Assembly: GCA_963845085.1 (NCBI GenBank)
Contig: CAWJQI010000004.1
Span: forward strand, 224,001 to 288,000
Source: Candidatus Fermentibacterota bacterium
GTDB taxonomy: Bacteria > Fermentibacterota > Fermentibacteria > Fermentibacterales > JCC-6
DNA: 64,000 nt
Direction: 5' to 3'
This document shows, in pieces, positions 19,259 through 28,143 of this stretch. The position numbers and the translations under genes were made by a program. The first letter of the stretch is position 1, and each line of letters starts with the position of its first letter. The notes below the pieces were generated by a model that saw only the letters and a list, made by a program, of their open reading frames with translations, was not told where the DNA came from and searched no databases.

Positions 19259-19411
19259 TCATCCCTGCTTGCGCACGAGGCTTATGATGAGCACCAGCGC
19301 GATGACAGGAAGCGCAAGCCGGAAAACCAGTGCGACCGAGGTAAGCAGAATCAGCGGCAGAACTGCAAGACCCGCGATCCCGAAAACGAAACAGAGCAGA
19401 AAGCAGCCCAT
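19259..19411 (-). CDS. 50-aa small membrane protein (below the ORF-track cutoff)
   Basis: GGAGG RBS, then MGCFLLCFVFGIAGLAVLPLILLTSVALVFRLALPVIALVLIISLVRKQG*. Confidence 0.6.
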   Translation of the reverse strand: MGCFLLCFVFGIAGLAVLPLILLTSVALVFRLALPVIALVLIISLVRKQG

Positions 19412-19550
19412 TCCCACCCTCCGCGTTGATGTATGAGCGAATATACGGCATGCGGTGAAACGTGCATGGAATCAACCCTGAACCTGCCGCCCGATCGATT
19501 GCGGGAACGACCACCTGGCTGACAGTTTCGCAGAAGCACGCAGATCCGCT

Positions 19551-20417
19551 TCAGAATCCTCTTGAAATTCCGTTTTTGAGCCTTTGGAAGAGGCCTGGGG
19601 CGGGCTCCCGGAGAGGGCCGTCCCAGGGTTGTCCGCGCCTCAGGTACTGTTTCGTGAAGACGCCCGCAGTCATGCCCCACTTGCGGGCGAAGACCCTGCG
19701 GCCGCTTGCGAACCGCACCCTTCGTGTGGTCCCGGAACGAAAGTGGTAAACCCTGGAGGCGCCCACCCCTTTGAAGAATCGAACCCCGGTCTGCCAGAGC
19801 TTCATGGAAAGATCGGGATCGGAGTAGAAGCCGGGAAAGAATTCGGTGCTCATCCCCCCGACAAGGTCCCAGAGATCGCGGTGAACCATGCTGGGAGGCC
19901 AGGTGCTCCCCTGCCAGTCGTCCTTCCGAAGTGAGCCCGCGTCGCGAAGCAATTCGTCCTCGCGGAACTCCTCAGGCTTCCTCCCGTAGTCCGCAACGAT
20001 GACACAGGGATTGCTGCTTCTCATCGGCTCGATGAGAGTCCCCGAAAGCATGAACCGTTCGTGGCCGACGGCGTCGGCCTCGTCCATCAGGGCACTGTCC
20101 CAGCCCGGGCATGCGTACATGTCGTCGTTGAAGAAGATCATGCGTTCGGCAGCGGCAAGGGTTCTTGCAGCGTTGAGCGCATGGCATACGCCGATGTTCT
20201 CAGCGCTGGCGGTGTAGCTGAAACCGCGCTCCCTCGCCCAGTCGAGAGTTCCGTCGGCCCCCTGGTTGACATGAAGCACAATCTGGTGCGGAAGGGCGGA
20301 ATTCTGCTCGATGCTTCGAATACAGAGCCTTAGCATTTCCAGGTTGTTCCATGTGGGGATCAGAATGCTGCTTGCAGGGTTGCCCGGAACGCTTCCCCGC
20401 CGTTTCTCAATGATCAC
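19551..20417 (-). CDS. Glycosyltransferase family 2 (start uncertain, up to 20471)
   Basis: SILIPTWNN, FFNDDMY, GFYSDPDLSMKLW, VYHF. Confidence 0.85.
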   Translation of the reverse strand: MIIEKRRGSVPGNPASSILIPTWNNLEMLRLCIRSIEQNSALPHQIVLHVNQGADGTLDWARERGFSYTASAENIGVCHALNAARTLAAAERMIFFNDDMYACPGWDSALMDEADAVGHERFMLSGTLIEPMRSSNPCVIVADYGRKPEEFREDELLRDAGSLRKDDWQGSTWPPSMVHRDLWDLVGGMSTEFFPGFYSDPDLSMKLWQTGVRFFKGVGASRVYHFRSGTTRRVRFASGRRVFARKWGMTAGVFTKQYLRRGQPWDGPLREPAPGLFQRLKNGISRGF

Positions 20418-20513
20418 TTCAGCCTCTTCCTTGTGGAGGTGGAGCATACCCGTGACGCTTTTCATGGTCAAGCGCCCGGTTGCGAATCAGCCCCGGCTTC
20501 ACATAATCGGACC

Positions 20514-22193
20514 ATGAACGGTTTGCGGGAAATACTCGCCAGCAGGAGGATCCTCGGCAGGACCCTGTCCTTCCTGCGTCCCTACCTGCGCTGGCAGCTG
20601 CTTGGGCTTTTCGTGACGGTTATTGCTGCAGGGCTGGGGCTTGTGCAGCCCTGGGTCAACCGGATACTGATAGACAACGTTCTCCTCGAGGGCAACACGG
20701 CCCTTCTTAAGACAATAATCGCGTTCTTCGCAGGTGCGGTGCTGCTCCAGACATTCACCGGCATGGGGGGGACGTACCTGTTCACGTGGATGAGCAACAG
20801 GGCTGCAAACGACCTGCGGGCAGCTCTGCACCGGAAGATTCAGCTTCTCTCCGCAGCCTTTTCGGAACGCCGGAAGACCGGAGACATGATGTCGTCGTTC
20901 ACGAGTGACATACCGGTGATGCAGGGGCTCTACTCGTCGCTCTTCGTGAACCTCCTGACCGAGACGGTGAGATTCGTCATCGTGCTGGCGGTGATGCTGG
21001 GCATAAACGCCAGGCTGACTCTCATCGCACTCCCTGCTGTGCCGGCCTTCGCTTTGATCGTCGCCCTGGCCGGAGGGATCATAAAAAGGGCCTCCCGCGA
21101 GGTGCAGGAGAAGCGCGCTGATTTCAACGCTCTGCTGCAGGAACAGCTTGCCGGGCTGCGCACTTCGGCTGCATTCGGCCTTGAGGAGGTGCAGGGCGGG
21201 GGTTTCAGGGCATCGATGACATCACTGCTCTCCTCGCAGCTCAAACTCACCCTGAAGGGGTTCATCTTCAACGCCGGCAGCCTGGTCGCAATGTTCAGCA
21301 TGATCCTCGTGCTCTACCTCGGCGGTCTCGAGGTCATCGGTGGACGGATGCAGCTCGGTGTGCTGATGGCGTTCTCGGGCTACTTCGGAATGCTTTTCGG
21401 CCCGGTCGGCTCGTTCGCGGGCGCCGCCGGGCAGGTGCTTCACGCGATCGGCGCAGCGGAAAGGGTTTTCGGCATTCTCGACACGCCGGAATCCGTAACC
21501 TCGCACCCGGGGGCGGTGGTACTCACCAACCCGCTTGGCCGCATCGAATTCCGCGACGTGCACTTTGCCTATCCCGACGGAAATCCGGTGCTTGCCGGCC
21601 TCGATTTCCGCATCGAGCCCGGCGAGACTGTCGCGATCGCAGGCGAGAGCGGCGTGGGAAAGACCACGGTCGTATCCCTTCTTCTCAGGTTCCATGATCC
21701 GAACCGGGGACTGGTGCTTCTCGACGGCAGGCCGCTTTCAGAGTACACCCTCGAATCTCTGCGCAGCAACATCGGGGTGGTCCTTCAGGAACCATTCCTC
21801 TTCAACACTTCCATCCTCGACAACATCCTCATGGGGAAGCCCGGCGCATCAAAGGAAGAGGTCGAACGGGCGGCCGTCGCCGCACATGCACACCGCTTCA
21901 TAACCGAGCTGCCCGACGGCTACGGAACTCCCGCCGGCGAGAGGGGCTGCCTCCTTTCCGGAGGTCAGCGGCAAAGGGTGGCTCTCGCACGGGTGTTCCT
22001 GCGCAATCCCAGGATAGTCATCCTCGACGAGGCGACCAGCGCGCTGGACAGGGAGAGCGAAACGCAGGTGAAGGCTGCGGTGAGGAACCTCCTTCGTGAC
22101 AGAACCTGCCTCATCATAGCGCACAGGGAATCGACGGTTGACGAGGTCGACCGTGTCATAACGATCAAACAATCGGAAGGTGCATCAGGATGA
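20514..22193 (+). CDS. ABC exporter, fused permease/ATPase (MsbA-like)
   Basis: N-terminal TM domain; GESGVGKT, LSGGQRQR, ILDEATSALD, IAHR. Confidence 0.93.
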   Translation: MNGLREILASRRILGRTLSFLRPYLRWQLLGLFVTVIAAGLGLVQPWVNRILIDNVLLEGNTALLKTIIAFFAGAVLLQTFTGMGGTYLFTWMSNRAANDLRAALHRKIQLLSAAFSERRKTGDMMSSFTSDIPVMQGLYSSLFVNLLTETVRFVIVLAVMLGINARLTLIALPAVPAFALIVALAGGIIKRASREVQEKRADFNALLQEQLAGLRTSAAFGLEEVQGGGFRASMTSLLSSQLKLTLKGFIFNAGSLVAMFSMILVLYLGGLEVIGGRMQLGVLMAFSGYFGMLFGPVGSFAGAAGQVLHAIGAAERVFGILDTPESVTSHPGAVVLTNPLGRIEFRDVHFAYPDGNPVLAGLDFRIEPGETVAIAGESGVGKTTVVSLLLRFHDPNRGLVLLDGRPLSEYTLESLRSNIGVVLQEPFLFNTSILDNILMGKPGASKEEVERAAVAAHAHRFITELPDGYGTPAGERGCLLSGGQRQRVALARVFLRNPRIVILDEATSALDRESETQVKAAVRNLLRDRTCLIIAHRESTVDEVDRVITIKQSEGASG

Positions 22194-22819
22194 GCTGCCT
22201 CTATTCCGCGCTGCTGCTTGTCGTCGCGGGTTCCGCCACCGACAGCCTCTGGACGGAAACCGGAGAGGGCTATTCAATCTCGGTCAGCTTTCCAGGGGCC
22301 GCACTTGAGATCCCGGTGCTCGCCGACGCCCTGTCCGAATACGCTTCCGGCCAGGTCAGGGCGTTCCGAAACAACTACAAGAGCGTGACCCGGGACTATC
22401 CCGAGCCAATGGACTGGAGCCTTGACATAACTTTCACGCTTGAGCCTTCGCCGGACGGGCTTGTCTGTCTTCTGGCCTGGAGCTGGGAATACTCGGGCGG
22501 CGCTCACGGGAACAGCTGGAGCGTTTCCTTCATCTACGACATTGAGAACGAGGTGTTTGTGGAACCGACTGACCTGTTCAGGGATCCTTCGGAGTTCGCA
22601 GCTCTGGCGGAGTCGGCGGCCCGGATTCTCAGGGAGCAGCTGGGCGAGGACCATTGGATCGAAGCAGGCACCGCCCCGTCGCCCGAGAACTACCGCTGCC
22701 TGCTTCCAGTGCCGGATTCAACGGGAGCGGTCGCAGGCTACAGTGTAATCTTCGCCCCGTATCAGGTTGCGCCGTACGTCTACGGTCCCCAGGAGGTTTT
22801 CATCCCCCTGGAACGCTGA
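22190..22819 (+). CDS. DUF3298/DUF4163 (RsiV-like) exported protein
   Basis: YSGGAHGN and FAPYQVAPYVYGPQEVFIP motifs; signal-like N-terminus. Confidence 0.8.
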   Translation: MSCLYSALLLVVAGSATDSLWTETGEGYSISVSFPGAALEIPVLADALSEYASGQVRAFRNNYKSVTRDYPEPMDWSLDITFTLEPSPDGLVCLLAWSWEYSGGAHGNSWSVSFIYDIENEVFVEPTDLFRDPSEFAALAESAARILREQLGEDHWIEAGTAPSPENYRCLLPVPDSTGAVAGYSVIFAPYQVAPYVYGPQEVFIPLER

Positions 22820-23299
22820 TCAGAACCCGGCGCCCACCCCGAGCGTGGTGATCCAGTCATGCCCGTCGTCATCGCCTCCGACGTGGCGGAACACACCCGC
22901 GTTGAGTCCCAGGACGAACAGGGATACGGACAGCTCGGGGCCGACATAGGTTTGCCCGGGTTCCACATCGCCGAGCGGATTGCCCCAGGTCCTGAGCACA
23001 GAAGCGGACAGTCCCAAGCTGTACAGAGGCATGAAGCGCATCTCACCGAACCGGTACCCCAGGTTGATCTTCCCCCCTCCGAACCCGGGTTCGAGCTGCA
23101 GGAATGGGCCGTGGTGAAAGGTTCCGCCCGCGGGAATGTTTGCCGCAAGCCCAACCACCCATCCGAGCTTCAGGGGTGTGGAATACCGGGTCATGGCGCA
23201 GGGGAAGAGGTACATTCTGCGGGGGGATGGAGTAACGCCCGGCGGGAGTGCACCCATCGCGAGGGCACAAATCAACATGATCGCGGATACTGCTTTCAT
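22820..23299 (-). CDS. Hypothetical exported protein, possibly a small outer-membrane beta-barrel
   Basis: Signal peptide MKAVSAIMLICALAMG; alternating beta pattern; ends LGVGAGF with terminal Phe. Confidence 0.6.
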   Translation of the reverse strand: MKAVSAIMLICALAMGALPPGVTPSPRRMYLFPCAMTRYSTPLKLGWVVGLAANIPAGGTFHHGPFLQLEPGFGGGKINLGYRFGEMRFMPLYSLGLSASVLRTWGNPLGDVEPGQTYVGPELSVSLFVLGLNAGVFRHVGGDDDGHDWITTLGVGAGF

Positions 23300-23456
23300 T
23301 GCTTTCCATCCGTTAGGTTGCCGCACGGGTGGTACCGGACGGAACTGCGAAGTATTCCGTGCGGGCATCTCCGGCAGGGGTTGCTCTTTTCCGACGAATT
23401 CTGCAGGTATGCTTTCAAATATGGTGTGATGAGACTTTTCCAATCAAGGAGCGAAT

Positions 23457-25913
23457 ATGTTTCTTCTTTCCCTTTTACTGGCTTCCCAGTTGGTTCCAAC
23501 GGGTTATTCCGGCCTTCCAAGGGCGATGGTCCCAAGGTCTCTTCTTGAGGACCGGCCTGCGGCCTTCTCCTCAGTTACATCACTGAACGGCGGCAGGGCC
23601 GGGAAGGTCCTGGTCGTGGTTGCAGACTACATTGCCGAGCCGCTCTCCTTCCAGCTCGAGCGCTTTGTGAGCGACATCGCCGCAGACGGGTGGGATGTGG
23701 AGATGACTGTGATGGAGGGAGGGAATGCCGGTGACTTGAGAGCGATGCTCCAGAACGTTTCAGGGCTGGAAGGTGCAATACTCGTGGGCTTCCTCCCGTG
23801 TGCCTGGTTCGAGATGGATTACTGGGCGCCGGAGGAGTTTCCCTGCGAGCTTTACTTCATGGACCTTGACGGTGCCTGGATGGATTACGATTCGGACGGC
23901 ATTTTTGATTCTCACGCCGGTTCCATTGCACCCGAGATATGGCTGGGACGCATCGACGCATCGGCAATGAGCTACGGTTCCGAAACAACGATGCTCATCG
24001 AGTATTTCGACAAGAACCACCTCTACCGTACCGGCTCCATGGCCCTTGACTCCCGGGCACTTTCGTTCATCGACGACGACTGGAGCTCGTCGTACTCTTC
24101 CTGCGGTCTTGAGGCTGTGTACGGCTCATCCGGCGTCACCGTGGTCAACTCGCCGGCCGCCACCACCGCACCGGCATATCTGTCCGGCCTGGGAGAGGGC
24201 TACGAGTTCGTGCATCTCATGAGCCACAGTTCTCCCTGGGGGCACACCTTCCTCGTTCCCGGAGGGCACGGCGGATCGGTCATGGCGCCTGAGATCAGTG
24301 TCGCCGATCCGCATACAGCGTTCTACCAGCTCTTCAGCTGTTCAAATGCGAGGTGGGTCGAATCAGGCTGCCTTGGCAACTGGTACCTGTTCGGAACCTC
24401 ATACGGGCTTCTCGTGTGCGGTGCGGCAAAGACCGGTTCCATGCTCGATTTTGAAGAGTTCTACACACCGCTCGGTTCGGGGGACACCTTCGGGGAAGCT
24501 TTTCATGCCTGGTGGCTCTTCGAGGCACAGGGCGGTTTCTCCGGCATGGAAAGAGCATGGTTCTACGGAAATGCCCTCCTTGGAGACCCCACACTACGGC
24601 CCATGGGAGTCGGTCGCACGTTCGCGGGGCTGCCCGGTTCCGGTGAGGTTGGCAGCTACGACCGCATATCAACCAGCCAGTACTCCGACTGCCACCCGGC
24701 TGCGGTCGCCGGGTCCGGGGAGATCTCAACCGTAGCATGGCTCACCGGTGAGAACGGCCGGCTGGACATAGCGGCATGCATCGTCGACGGCGACAGCTGG
24801 AGCCAGGTTTACTACGTGGACAGCGACGAATACTGGGATGCGGGTGTCACGGCCTGCTTCGACGGCGACGGTGTGCCCTGGCTGGCCTGGAGCGACTTCG
24901 AATACGAAACCTACAGCTACAGGATAAAGACCGCCAACGGTGAATCGTTCGAGAATGTTGAGATCCGTGTGCCGCAGGATGGTTACCAGGTCTTTCCGCA
25001 GCTGGCCTGGGACGGATCGAGGATGTGGCTGGCATGGCTGAACTGGAAGGCGTCCGGGGGTGTCGTGATGGCCATGACACTCGATGGGTCGTTCCCGCCC
25101 CAGGCGATCAGCTCACCCGGGGCGTTCTGCGCGCCACCTTCACTCATTGCCGAAGGAGGCGAGGTTTACGCTGTCTGGGTCGAACTCGACCAGACCGGAA
25201 GCCGGGTGATGGGCAGCATCTATTCAGGTGTCTCGTTCAGCAGTCCCGTACAGATGTCTTCGGGAACGGTCTGTCACAACCCCGTCCTCGGTTCCGCCGA
25301 TGGCCAGGTGCTTCTTGTCTGGCAGGACGACACCTCGGGTTCTTCAATCCGCGCCAGGGTCCTGCCCGGGGAGGAAACGGTTGTTGCATCGCCGCAGGAT
25401 CACGCCTTCCGCCCTTCGATCGGGCAGCTTCCGGGCGGCGGGTTTGCCGTCTACTGGCAGGAGGGAAACGGCGCTTCCGCAGTGATAATGGCGTGTGCGG
25501 TAGCGGGTGGCGAACCTTTCCAGACTGTGTCCCCGCAGGGTCCGGCCTGGTTTCCCGCCGCTGCGGGTGAAAGGCTGTTCTGGGCGGGCAATCAGGGGGA
25601 GGGCTGGGACATCTACACAACGATCCCCGGGTGGACCGGCATCGAGCAGCCCGACGTAATCGAGTCTGTCCCCATGATCGCGGGCAATCCGGTGCGAACC
25701 GGGCTTGCACTGACAATACCGTCGGGCGGGGGGGTATTCTCCGGCCGCATTCAGGTGTTCGACCTGGCCGGAAGGCTCGTGATTGCCCGTAACACGGTCA
25801 TCCGCCCCGGCGAGACAGTGACGGTGGATTGCGAAAGTCTTCGCACGGGTGTCTACATGGTCAACACTGATGACGGAAGGCTTTGCGGAAGGTTCACGGT
25901 GATACGGGACTGA
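23457..25913 (+). CDS. Secreted peptidase C25 (gingipain-like) with beta-rich region and T9SS-type C-terminal domain
   Basis: AAGGAG RBS; PEIWLGRI, MSHS (His), LFSCSN (Cys), LLGDPTL; CTD NPV...VFDLAGRLV...GVYMV. Confidence 0.75.
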   Translation: MFLLSLLLASQLVPTGYSGLPRAMVPRSLLEDRPAAFSSVTSLNGGRAGKVLVVVADYIAEPLSFQLERFVSDIAADGWDVEMTVMEGGNAGDLRAMLQNVSGLEGAILVGFLPCAWFEMDYWAPEEFPCELYFMDLDGAWMDYDSDGIFDSHAGSIAPEIWLGRIDASAMSYGSETTMLIEYFDKNHLYRTGSMALDSRALSFIDDDWSSSYSSCGLEAVYGSSGVTVVNSPAATTAPAYLSGLGEGYEFVHLMSHSSPWGHTFLVPGGHGGSVMAPEISVADPHTAFYQLFSCSNARWVESGCLGNWYLFGTSYGLLVCGAAKTGSMLDFEEFYTPLGSGDTFGEAFHAWWLFEAQGGFSGMERAWFYGNALLGDPTLRPMGVGRTFAGLPGSGEVGSYDRISTSQYSDCHPAAVAGSGEISTVAWLTGENGRLDIAACIVDGDSWSQVYYVDSDEYWDAGVTACFDGDGVPWLAWSDFEYETYSYRIKTANGESFENVEIRVPQDGYQVFPQLAWDGSRMWLAWLNWKASGGVVMAMTLDGSFPPQAISSPGAFCAPPSLIAEGGEVYAVWVELDQTGSRVMGSIYSGVSFSSPVQMSSGTVCHNPVLGSADGQVLLVWQDDTSGSSIRARVLPGEETVVASPQDHAFRPSIGQLPGGGFAVYWQEGNGASAVIMACAVAGGEPFQTVSPQGPAWFPAAAGERLFWAGNQGEGWDIYTTIPGWTGIEQPDVIESVPMIAGNPVRTGLALTIPSGGGVFSGRIQVFDLAGRLVIARNTVIRPGETVTVDCESLRTGVYMVNTDDGRLCGRFTVIRD

Positions 25914-25971
25914 TGTTTCGGGGGGCGCAACTGGGTTATAATGTGCCGGCTATTTCCACCGGAGGCTGTGC

Positions 25972-27483
25972 ATGAACGCATCTTTCTGGGTAAATCTGGC
26001 AAGCGCTGTGAGTCTGGGCCTCGGCGTTGGTTTCCTTCTCTGGTTCTCCCGGAAACGCGGCCTTGAACAGAGCATATCCCTCTGGCTCGTCCTGACCGGC
26101 GCAGTCGGCATCATTTACCTGCTCCTGAGGGTTTTCGGGATCTCACTCGGCTCCATGACAGCCCGTGTGGCGCTGGCGTTCACCATTTTGCTGGCCTTCT
26201 ACACGCTTCTCCGCTTCCTGTTCGTTCTCTTCGTGGCCAACCTGGCCCGGAAGCACATGTCCATGCCCATTCCTAAGCTTGTTCTCGACGTGGTCTCGTT
26301 CATCCTGATGGCCGGGCTGGCCCTGGTCCTTCTCAACCTCCTTTTCAATGTCAAGCTCACGGCCTTCCTCGTCACATCGACTGTTGTCTCCGCGGTCATC
26401 GGTCTTTCCCTGCAGGACATTCTCGGCAACGTGTTCAGCGGGCTTGCACTGCAGTTCGAGCGGCCGTACGAGAAGGACGACTGGGTAACCATCGACGGCA
26501 TCGAGGGCCAGGTGGTCGAGATGAGCTGGAGATGCCTCTCCGTCCGCGACCGGAACAACGACCTTCTGCTGTTCCCGAATTCGGTGGTTTCCAAGACGCT
26601 GGTCAAGAACCACATGAAGCCATCGAAATTCAACCTCTCGCGAGTCACTGTGGGGGTTTCGTACGCGTGTCCTCCCGAGCGTGTGAAAGCTGTTCTGCTG
26701 CAGGCCGTATCCGACACAAGGGGTGTTTCCGCAAGGCCCGCTCCTTCTGTGATACTCGACAGTTTCAGCGACAGCTCAATCACTTACGAGGTCCGCTTCT
26801 GGATAACCGACTTCACCCAGAAGCCCCTGATCAAGGATGCCGTGAGAACAAGGATATGGTACTGCCTTCAGAGGGCGGACATGAACATCCCGTTCCCCAT
26901 CCGCGATGTCTTCCTGCACACTGTTGAGCCCGACAGCAGGGAGAAGCATCAGCAGAGCCTTCTGCTGGAGATAGGGAAGGAACTCAGAGCCGTTCCCATC
27001 TTTTCCCCCCTTCCGGATGAAGAGCTGGCGGAACTGTCGCGTGACAGCGCAATACTCGGCTTCGCCGGGGGTGAAGTGCTTGTGAAACAGGGCGATACGG
27101 GAGACAGCCTCTACATTCTCCGAAGCGGCTGGGTCGAGGTGTCTGTAACTGCGGGCGAAGGCCACAGGGCGATGAAGGTTGCCGAACTCGGCCCGGGGAG
27201 CTTCTTCGGCGAAATGAGCCTTCTCACCGGCGATCCCAGATCGGCCACCGTGACGGCACGCGAGGAAACCTCGGTCATAGTGGTGAAGAAGAGGGGAATG
27301 GAGCGGGTGTTCGCCATGAACCCGACCCTTGCCGAACCTTTGTCCGAGCTTCTTGAAACAAGGATCCAGGGGCTGCGAAGTGCATCCCTGGAAAGCGAGA
27401 AGTCCGTTGAGGGCAGGGAGGAAAGCAAACGCTCGGGACGCGATGACATTCTCTCCCGGATTCGGACCTTCTTCGGGCTGTAG
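25972..27483 (+). CDS. MscS mechanosensitive channel with C-terminal cyclic-nucleotide-binding domain
   Basis: GLSLQDILGNVFSG, IPFPIR; QGDTGDSLY, FFGEMSLLTGDPRSATV. Confidence 0.92.
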   Translation: MNASFWVNLASAVSLGLGVGFLLWFSRKRGLEQSISLWLVLTGAVGIIYLLLRVFGISLGSMTARVALAFTILLAFYTLLRFLFVLFVANLARKHMSMPIPKLVLDVVSFILMAGLALVLLNLLFNVKLTAFLVTSTVVSAVIGLSLQDILGNVFSGLALQFERPYEKDDWVTIDGIEGQVVEMSWRCLSVRDRNNDLLLFPNSVVSKTLVKNHMKPSKFNLSRVTVGVSYACPPERVKAVLLQAVSDTRGVSARPAPSVILDSFSDSSITYEVRFWITDFTQKPLIKDAVRTRIWYCLQRADMNIPFPIRDVFLHTVEPDSREKHQQSLLLEIGKELRAVPIFSPLPDEELAELSRDSAILGFAGGEVLVKQGDTGDSLYILRSGWVEVSVTAGEGHRAMKVAELGPGSFFGEMSLLTGDPRSATVTAREETSVIVVKKRGMERVFAMNPTLAEPLSELLETRIQGLRSASLESEKSVEGREESKRSGRDDILSRIRTFFGL

Positions 27484-27492
27484 AAATGGGTA

Positions 27493-27521
27493 TTGACATC
27501 ACTATGGTTTCGTGTTAGTCT
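27493..27521 (+). promoter_or_regulatory. Sigma70-type promoter
   Basis: TTGACA-N17-TAGTCT with TG before the -10, upstream of ORF 27558. Confidence 0.5.
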
Positions 27522-27557
27522 GCCGACGGGTGGAGGGGCCCGGAAAGCGGTAAGACA

Positions 27558-27875
27558 ATGCGTGCATTAATTGTACTTGTAATCGCTGCTTCGGTTGTTT
27601 GGGCATCGCTTGACATCCCGGGAGCAAGCTCTGCCGATTCTGCATACGGCCCGCCTTCGCTGGTCAAACCCGGAAGAGACAACCGAGTCTTCTTTGATCT
27701 CCCCAGTTCAATAACCCATCTTCGGGAATCCATTCTGAACACGAGCATCCGCATTTCAAGCGGACCAACACCCCAGAAACCCCTCAGGTGCGCCGACTCC
27801 TTCTCCAACCAGCGCTTCACCGCCTTCCCTCTCGAACCCGTCCAAGCCCCCACCGTCACCCTCTACACCTTCTAG
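27558..27875 (+). CDS. Small hypothetical exported protein or truncated remnant
   Basis: Signal peptide MRALIVLVIAASVVWA; promoter upstream; stop coincides with the repeat end. Confidence 0.45.
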   Translation: MRALIVLVIAASVVWASLDIPGASSADSAYGPPSLVKPGRDNRVFFDLPSSITHLRESILNTSIRISSGPTPQKPLRCADSFSNQRFTAFPLEPVQAPTVTLYTF

Positions 27876-28143
27876 GGGACGGACTAAGGTTACTTAGATT
27901 GTCGGCCGATTGAGCTGGCAATCTTTTACCAAACAAAGCATTTGGTTACTCTGATGATCTATCTCAATCCATTCATCGAACCTATCGCGGTCCATTAATC
28001 CAATCCATCCTATTCATCTATCCTGCTGTCCTGCATAAATCTCCGTATTGAATAAGAAAGCACCCGACAGAACGGATGATCCATGTCATCGTCCTGCCGG
28101 GTGCCTGTAACAAACAACCTAAGTAATCTTAGTCCGTCCCCTA
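27873..28143. repeat. Pair of ~32-bp inverted repeats (TAGGGGACGGACTAAGRTTACTTAGRTTGT) bracketing an AT-rich spacer; REP- or MITE-like
   Basis: 27873-27902 matches the reverse complement of 28114-28143 with two mismatches; each copy has an internal CTAAG-N4-CTTAG hairpin. Confidence 0.8.
28054..28105 (-). terminator. Intrinsic terminator after the S9 peptidase
   Basis: Minus strand GCACCCGGCAGGACGATGA..TCATCCGTTCTGTCGGGTGC followed by TTTCTT. Confidence 0.6.
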
